From positions 1 through 4,794 of IMG/VR virus record IMGVR_UViG_2671180609_000016: a stretch of 4,794 nt of DNA; one strand, written 5' to 3'. The translations under genes and the position numbers were made by a program. The stretch's first letter is position 1. Every line of letters starts with the position of its first letter. The notes below the pieces were generated by a model. It worked only from the letters and a program-made list of their open reading frames with translations, had not been told where the DNA came from and searched no databases. The stretch is from a virus (Duplodnaviria; Heunggongvirae; Uroviricota; Caudoviricetes). Of this stretch, positions 1 to 4,794 are shown one piece after another.

Positions 1-2640
1 GTCCTTCTGCACGCGCTGTATCTGCTGAATGGTGGCGCTCTGGTCTTCCAGCGTTTTACTGACCGTCTGTGTGATTTCATTGCGGGTTTCTGTGATGGTG
101 GTCTGCATTTCCGCCATCTCGTCCTTCAGCTGACTGTTGTCAATCTCTGCCCACAGCGCCTCTGCCAGATGCGTTTTTCCTATCTTTTCCCGGAAAAGTT
201 CCAGATAGCCCGCAGCATCATTGCTCGCCCGTCCACTGGCTTCCACAAACGCAGATTTACCCACCAGGTTGACGCTGCGCACATAAAACCAGAAATCCTT
301 TCCGGGCTTAATGTGCGGACCGGAGACACTCCACTGACTGCCGGTCCCCAGATAACGGGCAGAGGTTTCCACCTGTGCGGCGTCTGCAATTTTTGCCTCC
401 GAAAACCAGAACTCAAACTGCACCGTCGGGTCATAAATGGTCAGTTTCGGGACTGCCGTTATCTGAAAATACCCCGGCGTCAGTTCAACACCGGCAGGCG
501 CTGCCGGTGCGTTAATCCGGAACGTGGTGGTGGCGGGTTCGCCCTGCTGGCCATAGCTGTTAATCGCCCTGACCGTCAGGGTGTATTCCCCGAGAGGCAG
601 GCCACTGAAACGGTGCTCCGTATCGGCAGTGATGGCGGTGGTCACCAGACGGCTGTCTTCTCCGCTTCCGCTGGTCAGGCGCAGACTGAAGCGCACACCC
701 TTCACCACCCGCGGCGTGTCCCATTTCGCCTGTGCCAGATACTGACCGTCAGCCGCGCTCACCTCCACTGTCAGGTGCTGCACTGCCGGTGGAATAACGC
801 TGTTCAGGGTGCCTGACTGCGGCTCAAAGCTGGCCCCGTTATCCACGATGGCTTCTTTTTCCGGTACGTGCTGCACCGCCGTGATGGCAAAGGTGCCGTC
901 CGTGTTTTCCCGGACGGAGACACAGCGGAACAGGCGACGACGCAGTGACGGCAGGGAGAGTCCCCATACACCGTATGTCTCCACGCCATCAGGCAGGGTG
1001 CTGACCTGTATCCGGTCCGGCGCGGGGTGTGCAGTGATGGCCACGCTCACCGGCTTACCGCTGCCGTTAATCAGGTTCACCGTGGCGGCACCGGTCTCCG
1101 GCAGGGTCACCTCACGGTCCAGTGTCAGGGTGCGGCTGGCGGCATCGATGGACAGGATACGTCCGCCGGTCATGGTCCCGGCATAGTCGTTATCACAGAT
1201 TTCAATAATGTCACCGGGTGTGTGACGCAGCCCCTGTGACCCGAGCGTGAAATCCACCGTCTGCGTTTCCAGCAGTCCGGTCTTTATCACCCACAGCCCG
1301 GCACGGTGGGCCTGACCGCGACTGGTGCAGCCGAACGCATCCATCTTCAGCAGGTTGCGTCCGTAGCGCAGTATGGCTTCCGGGTCTTCCACCAGTTCCG
1401 TGGAGGTCTGCCAGCCGTTCTGCGGGTCGGTGTAATTCACCTCCACCGCCGTGTGGCGGTCCTTCAGGGCGCTGAAGCTGTAGCGAAACCCCACGCCGTT
1501 ATCATCCACCACCACATCACTGCTGGTGTACGGCCACACCACATCTGACGGACGGTCCTGCACAAACGTCAGCGTCTGCCCGTTCCATACCGGCATACAG
1601 CGCATCGCCGAGCAGAAATCACTGAGAACGTCCCACGCCTTACGCTGTTGTGACAGGTACGCATTGAAAGTCATCCGCGGCTCTGTGCCCCCGAAACCAT
1701 CCGGGACCGTCTGGTCGCAGTACTGCGCAATGGCATACAGCGCCCACTTGTCCACATCCGCCGCCCCCAGGCGTTTTCCCATGCCGTAGCGCGGGTGAGT
1801 CAGCATGTCCCACAGGCACCAGGCCGGGTTGTTGCTGTATGCCGGTTTCAGGCTGCCGTCCCAGATACCACTGTACGTGCGTTTTTCCGGGTCATAGTTT
1901 GACGGTACCTGGATGATGCGACCGCGGATATGGTAGTTCACCGTCATCTGCTGACCGCCAAACTGCTCCGCATCCACCTGCAGCCCCACAATCGCCGTGT
2001 TCGGGTAGCACTGTTTCACATCGATGATTTCGGTGTATGACGACCAGAGCGTCTTATTCTGCAGCTGGTCCGTGGTGCTGTCCGCCGTCTCCCTGACCAT
2101 CCGGATGTTAAAGGGGCGGGGAGGCAGATTATCCAGAATCACCGACGCCAGAAACTGCGAGGTGGTCTTGCCGTTAATGGTGACATCCTTTTCCGTCATC
2201 CATTTACCACCACGCTCAAGCTGAATCAGCAGGCGGACAGACGTCGGGTTACGGTCACCCTTTGAGGTGGTCTCCACCAGTGACTGCACCCCGAAGGTGA
2301 CCCGCAGGCGGTCAATGTTCGCGGACGTAATGGTGCGCGTCACCGGCTTTGCCTTCGTCACTTCCACGCCCAGTCCGGTTTCAGCTCCGGAGGACTCAAA
2401 GCCTTCAGGTGGTGTCTGCTCCTGCTCCCCGGCGCGCCAGACCGCTGTCACACCATGTATCACAGGATTACCGTCCGTGTCCGTCAGCGGGGTTTTGTTC
2501 ACCAGGATACTCTGCAGCCCCTTCACCGGACCTTCAATCGGCCCTTCACCAATCGCATCAATCACGCTCATCATCTGCGTGGACTTAAGATTGTCCTTTG
2601 CCTCAACCGGCGTGTGCGCCCTGCCGCCACCTTTGCCCAT
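1..2640 (-). CDS. J: Host specificity protein J (central tail fibre / tail tip protein), N-terminal 880 codons; the 3' end runs off the window at position 1
   Basis: ATG at 2640..2638 on the minus strand. Hand translation of 2401..2640 gives [80 protein letters not shown], closely matching the lambda gpJ N-terminus as I recall it. I also hand-translated 2161..2400 and 1..540 in the same frame with no stop (e.g. [50 protein letters not shown]). The track lists no stop-terminated minus-strand ORF in this frame, consistent with one open frame reaching the window edge. SD-like AAGGGTGAG sits 4-12 nt upstream of the ATG. Confidence 0.95.
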   Translation of the reverse strand, partial: MGKGGGRAHTPVEAKDNLKSTQMMSVIDAIGEGPIEGPVKGLQSILVNKTPLTDTDGNPVIHGVTAVWRAGEQEQTPPEGFESSGAETGLGVEVTKAKPVTRTITSANIDRLRVTFGVQSLVETTSKGDRNPTSVRLLIQLERGGKWMTEKDVTINGKTTSQFLASVILDNLPPRPFNIRMVRETADSTTDQLQNKTLWSSYTEIIDVKQCYPNTAIVGLQVDAEQFGGQQMTVNYHIRGRIIQVPSNYDPEKRTYSGIWDGSLKPAYSNNPAWCLWDMLTHPRYGMGKRLGAADVDKWALYAIAQYCDQTVPDGFGGTEPRMTFNAYLSQQRKAWDVLSDFCSAMRCMPVWNGQTLTFVQDRPSDVVWPYTSSDVVVDDNGVGFRYSFSALKDRHTAVEVNYTDPQNGWQTSTELVEDPEAILRYGRNLLKMDAFGCTSRGQAHRAGLWVIKTGLLETQTVDFTLGSQGLRHTPGDIIEICDNDYAGTMTGGRILSIDAASRTLTLDREVTLPETGAATVNLINGSGKPVSVAITAHPAPDRIQVSTLPDGVETYGVWGLSLPSLRRRLFRCVSVRENTDGTFAITAVQHVPEKEAIVDNGASFEPQSGTLNSVIPPAVQHLTVEVSAADGQYLAQAKWDTPRVVKGVRFSLRLTSGSGEDSRLVTTAITADTEHRFSGLPLGEYTLTVRAINSYGQQGEPATTTFRINAPAAPAGVELTPGYFQITAVPKLTIYDPTVQFEFWFSEAKIADAAQVETSARYLGTGSQWSVSGPHIKPGKDFWFYVRSVNLVGKSAFVEASGRASNDAAGYLELFREKIGKTHLAEALWAEIDNSQLKDEMAEMQTTITETRNEITQTVSKTLEDQSATIQQIQRVQKD

Positions 2641-2643
2641 TGT

Positions 2644-2652
2644 CTCACCCTT
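2644..2652 (-). promoter_or_regulatory. Ribosome-binding site for J (AAGGGTGAG, about 7 nt before the ATG)
   Basis: Minus-strand sequence reads aaagggtgagaca-ATG; purine-rich GGGTGA-type Shine-Dalgarno at appropriate spacing. Confidence 0.5.
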
Positions 2653-2671
2653 TACTGTGATAACTGTTACG

Positions 2672-2704
2672 CACAAAAACAACAGGCATCCCGGAGGATG
2701 CCTG
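2672..2704 (-). terminator. Intrinsic-terminator-like hairpin plus U-tract in the same orientation as the tail genes, ending about 30 nt upstream of the J start codon
   Basis: Minus-strand reading: CAGGCATCC-TCCG-GGATGCCTG (9-bp perfect stem, 4-nt loop; plus-strand 2683..2704) followed directly by TTGTTTTTGTG (plus-strand 2672..2682). Confidence 0.5.
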
Positions 2705-2838
2705 TATCATGACTGAATAAAAATTCTGAATATCTTCACATTTTCTGTACGCCCCCGTGGCAGATATCATTCCCGGGCGTTACAGTTTTTTCGGGCCAAT
2801 AAAAACAAAACTCCCTGTGGTTAATCTTCATTTTCTGT

Positions 2839-2876
2839 TCCCGCAGCCTTCGGTCACTGCGGGATTTTTTCGCTTT
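2839..2876 (+). terminator. Intrinsic-terminator-like hairpin plus T-tract in plus-strand orientation, abutting the stop codon of I
   Basis: Plus strand: tCCCGCAG-ccttcggtca-CTGCGGGa (8-bp stem 2839..2846 / 2857..2864, 10-nt loop) followed by TTTTTTcgcTTTT (2865..2877). On the minus strand the hairpin is followed by acagaaaatg, so it reads as unidirectional. Confidence 0.45.
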
Positions 2877-3556
2877 TATGCCTGCCGCCCGATAACCACC
2901 ACCTTCCCGTCACCGCCTTCATCACGGGTGCTGATGTCCTGGGAGATTCGCCGGGAGCCAACCAGCATTTCACCGTAAGGCACCGGCATCGGGTTCCCCT
3001 GGGCAATCATGTTATCCAGTGAGGAAAAATACGTGTTCTGTCTGCCGTTATCCGTTGCGCGGTAATCCGGTGTTTTTGCCTTCGGGGCAAGCATCTGAGC
3101 CACACCACCCAGTATCATGCTGGCCCCCAGTGAAAACAGCATCGTGGTGGCAGAAAAACCACCGGCTGCCAGGGCTGAACCCCATAACGCCATTGATGCC
3201 CCGGCAGTGAAGAACGACCCCACGATGGCCGCCGCCCCCAGCACAATCTGCAGTCCGCCCTTTCCGGCTCCGGCCAGTCGCGGCACAATATGGATGACCG
3301 CCCCCTCACCCAGAGGTTCGTGAAGACGGGCGTACACCGCCTCCGGTGCCGTGTCCTCACCGCGAATACGTATCTGGTACCAGCCTTCGTTCATCTGACG
3401 GCGGAATCCCGGCACCTGTAACGACAGCGCCCGGATGGCCTCCGCTGCCGTGTTCACATACAGGCTGAGGCGGCGGCCAAATCGTTGCAAATCCCCGTGA
3501 AGGCAGATGCGTGCCAGTGGCGGTGACGCCAGACAGAATGCGTTCGTCGTTGCCAT
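2876..3556 (-). CDS. I: Tail tip assembly protein I (226 aa): ubiquitin-like N-terminal domain ending in Gly-Gly, then a Gly/Ala-rich hydrophobic segment
   Basis: Track ORF 2876..3556 (-). N-terminus MATTNAFCLASPPLARICLHGDLQRFGRR matches lambda gpI (MAATHTLPLASPGMARICLYGDLQRFGRR as I recall it). Stop TAA at 2878..2876 verified by hand. Start ATG at 3556..3554; SD-like GGGAGAGG at 3575..3568. Confidence 0.93.
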   Translation of the reverse strand: MATTNAFCLASPPLARICLHGDLQRFGRRLSLYVNTAAEAIRALSLQVPGFRRQMNEGWYQIRIRGEDTAPEAVYARLHEPLGEGAVIHIVPRLAGAGKGGLQIVLGAAAIVGSFFTAGASMALWGSALAAGGFSATTMLFSLGASMILGGVAQMLAPKAKTPDYRATDNGRQNTYFSSLDNMIAQGNPMPVPYGEMLVGSRRISQDISTRDEGGDGKVVVIGRQA

Positions 3557-4197
3557 TTTTCGGAATACCTCTCCCGTTTACTCAGTTGTTCAGGCAGATG
3601 GTGAAGCAGTTCACCGTTGCCGCAGTATATGGCGGCATGATTGGCCACCGATGCGCCAAAGCAGCACAGCAGGATATCGCCAGGCTGTGCGGAAGGCAGG
3701 GAAATCCTGTAAAAACCAGTCGCCTCCATATTGTCCAGGTACAGGTTCTGACCATTGCGCCACCAGTCATCCTCACGCTCAAAATCCGGCATATCAGTCC
3801 CCGCCAGATGGTATGCATCCCGGAACAGCGTGTAACAGTCCGTCACCCCGTGTTCAAAGCGCCGTCCGGTCAGGTGCGGAACGCAGCGGAATTTGTGAAT
3901 GTCACCCTGGCTGACCAGCCACCAGGGCAGTGCGCTTTTTATCTGCAGCCGCCGGTCAGCCTCGCTCAGCCAGGGCAGACCACCGGGATGACTGTGAACC
4001 AGCGCCACAATCTCCCCCGACATCTCTGCCCGCAGCCAGTCTTCCGGTGCGATACGAAAATACGCCTCCGGCTCTGCGGAAATATTCACACACGGCAGAT
4101 ACCGCTCCCCCTCCGGCGTGCTTATCACGAAGCCGCACGACTCCGCAGGCGCACACCGCCGGGCATGCGCCAGAATCGCTGATTCAGTCTGTGTCAT
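3454..4197 (-). CDS. K: Tail tip assembly protein K (247 aa): N-terminal MPN/JAMM (JAB) metallopeptidase-like domain plus C-terminal NlpC/P60 cysteine-peptidase-like domain
   Basis: Track ORF 3454..4458 (-) in the same frame. I place the start at ATG 4197..4195 (MTQTESAILAHARRCAPAESCGFV...), because the 87 codons upstream are Arg-rich, overlap L in another frame and do not resemble K. JAMM-type motif H-S-H-x7-S-x2-D (HSHPGGLPWLSEAD; His codon verified at 3996..3994). NlpC/P60-type catalytic Cys in GVTDCYTLF (codon 3837..3835) with downstream NHAAIY / LLHH histidines. Stop TGA at 3456..3454 verified. Confidence 0.9.
   Translation of the reverse strand: MTQTESAILAHARRCAPAESCGFVISTPEGERYLPCVNISAEPEAYFRIAPEDWLRAEMSGEIVALVHSHPGGLPWLSEADRRLQIKSALPWWLVSQGDIHKFRCVPHLTGRRFEHGVTDCYTLFRDAYHLAGTDMPDFEREDDWWRNGQNLYLDNMEATGFYRISLPSAQPGDILLCCFGASVANHAAIYCGNGELLHHLPEQLSKRERYSEKWQRRTHSVWRHRHWHASAFTGICNDLAAASACM
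3568..3575 (-). promoter_or_regulatory. Ribosome-binding site for I, embedded in the 3' end of K
   Basis: GGGAGAGG about 11 nt upstream of the I ATG; this stretch also encodes ...KRERYSEKW... of K. Confidence 0.4.
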
Positions 4198-4207
4198 AAA
4201 CCGGGAT

Positions 4208-4794
4208 TTACTGCGAAAGTTTATTGATGGAAAGGAAACCGCCAAAATTAGCCACCATGCCGCGCATCTCACACCCGCGCATGCACTTGCTGCATCTGTC
4301 CTTACGGATATCCGTGGTGGGGTTGTCGAACTCATCCGCCACCGCAGGACCGTTATACCCGCATTCATCTCCCCGGTAATCCCACATACAGGTGTTCGCC
4401 AGCATGATGCGACCAGGAAACAGCGCCCCGTCCGTCTCCGTCGGTGTTGCCAGCACAAACGAGGCCGTCATGGCCGTCAGCTCTGACATCTGCTCCACCA
4501 CCCACCGGTCAGTCAGCTCCTGCTCCGGGTCGGCCTCCGGATTGCCTGCCACAAAGTTCACCGCATCCAGAAAACGCGCATACACCCGGCGGCGGACCAC
4601 CGTGGCACCCACCAGGCTCTGCAAATCCTCCGCCATCCCGGTGACAAGACCGAACAGATTGGACACCGTCAGCGACGGGCGGGCACTGCTGCCCTTTCCG
4701 TTCATCTCAAAGCCGCTGCCCTCAATCGGGTACGCCTGATATTCACGCCCCTGCCAGGTCACCGGCACCCCTTTTTCATTCAGCTCATTGCAGA
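4208..4794 (-). CDS. L: Tail tip protein L, C-terminal about 195 codons; the 5' end runs off the window at 4794
   Basis: Track ORF 4208..4768 (-); its 'start' is an internal GTG (Val in ...CNELNEKGVPVTWQGREY...) and the frame stays open to the window edge. Matches lambda gpL (...FFCNEQNEKGEPVTWQGRQYQPYPIQGSGF... as I recall it). C-terminal Cys cluster C-x22-C-x2-C-x3-C. Stop TAA at 4210..4208 verified; K ATG follows 10 nt downstream on the minus strand. Confidence 0.93.
   Translation of the reverse strand, partial: CNELNEKGVPVTWQGREYQAYPIEGSGFEMNGKGSSARPSLTVSNLFGLVTGMAEDLQSLVGATVVRRRVYARFLDAVNFVAGNPEADPEQELTDRWVVEQMSELTAMTASFVLATPTETDGALFPGRIMLANTCMWDYRGDECGYNGPAVADEFDNPTTDIRKDRCSKCMRGCEMRGMVANFGGFLSINKLSQ

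Larger units (their letters stand above)
2641..2875. other. I-J intergenic spacer (235 nt) with an AT-rich core at 2705..2838 flanked by two GC-rich hairpins
   Basis: No convincing ORF on either strand. My hand count puts the core near 40% G+C, visibly lower than the flanking coding DNA. Hairpins at 2683..2704 and 2839..2864. Confidence 0.7.

Noticed and set aside
169-816. 215-aa plus-strand ORF, together with the other plus-strand ORFs over 1..2640 (809..1186, 1027..1239, 1306..1548, 1526..1789, 2024..2224, 2267..2716, 2349..2588, 2455..2712)
   Set aside because: All lie antisense to the well-supported J frame. Their translations are Arg/Pro/His-rich and low-complexity, with no recognisable motifs. 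Long antisense ORFs are expected opposite GC-rich coding DNA.
180-989. Minus-strand ORFs 180..434 (84 aa), 804..989 (61 aa) and further on 3115..3360, 3582..3818, 3956..4156
   Set aside because: These are out-of-frame ORFs nested inside J, I or K on the same strand; the conserved frames account for the region.
2645-2770. 41-codon minus-strand ORF in the spacer ([31 protein letters not shown]...), stopping 4 nt before the J ATG
   Set aside because: No ribosome-binding site, it is translated through the terminator stem, and the composition is not protein-like. I cannot exclude a leader peptide or coupling uORF, but there is no positive evidence.
2772-2797. CCCGGG palindrome and a weak CCCG...CGGG pairing in the spacer core
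   Set aside because: Only a 4-bp stem with a 16-nt loop, too weak to call as a structure or operator.
2757-2978. 73-aa plus-strand ORF beginning at a GTG in the spacer
   Set aside because: It has no Shine-Dalgarno, reads straight through the terminator hairpin and continues about 100 nt antisense into I.
4198-4458. The 87-codon N-terminal extension of track ORF 3454..4458 (MCWQHRRRRTGRCF...)
   Set aside because: It overlaps the 3' end of L in another frame, is Arg-rich and does not resemble K. Similarity to K begins exactly at the ATG at 4197.
3019-4739. Plus-strand ORFs opposite I, K and L (3019..3210, 3117..3323, 3507..3914, 3511..4182 of 223 aa, 3930..4199, 4118..4486, 4392..4739, 4444..4644)
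   Set aside because: Antisense shadows of conserved tail genes, with Arg/Pro/Gln-rich products and no supporting start context. The longest (3511..4182) mirrors K.
4766-4768. Track-assigned start of the L ORF at 4768
   Set aside because: The codon is GTG encoding an internal Val of L. The frame continues open to the window edge and still matches lambda gpL (CNELNEKG...), so the true start is beyond 4794.
1-4794. Looked by eye for CRISPR-like spaced repeats, tRNA-like structures, IS terminal inverted repeats and Chi sites (GCTGGTGG or its complement)
   Set aside because: None found. Near matches such as CCACCAGG are not Chi.

Overview
This window is the distal tail-tip module of a lambda-like (lambdoid) siphophage or prophage of an enterobacterial host, with all genes on the minus strand in the order L (3' part) > K > I > spacer > J (5' 880 codons). 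I translated the minus strand by hand; the products match my recollection of lambda gpL, gpK, gpI and gpJ at protein level (conserved but not identical). The gene layout matches lambda, including the K/I out-of-frame overlap. The six-frame track misses J and the true extent of L because both run off the window edge; every plus-strand ORF in the track lies antisense to these genes and I treat them as shadow ORFs. I see no CRISPR array, tRNA, rRNA, transposase or integrase. The one region not explained by the conserved tail genes is the I-J spacer (2641..2875). It is longer than I recall for lambda, AT-rich, and holds two strong hairpins that look like intrinsic terminators facing opposite ways around a ~135-nt core. 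This is the best candidate for an undescribed small element (small RNA, moron or regulatory insert), but it is a modest and unproven one. I do not see evidence for a large novel multi-gene system here.
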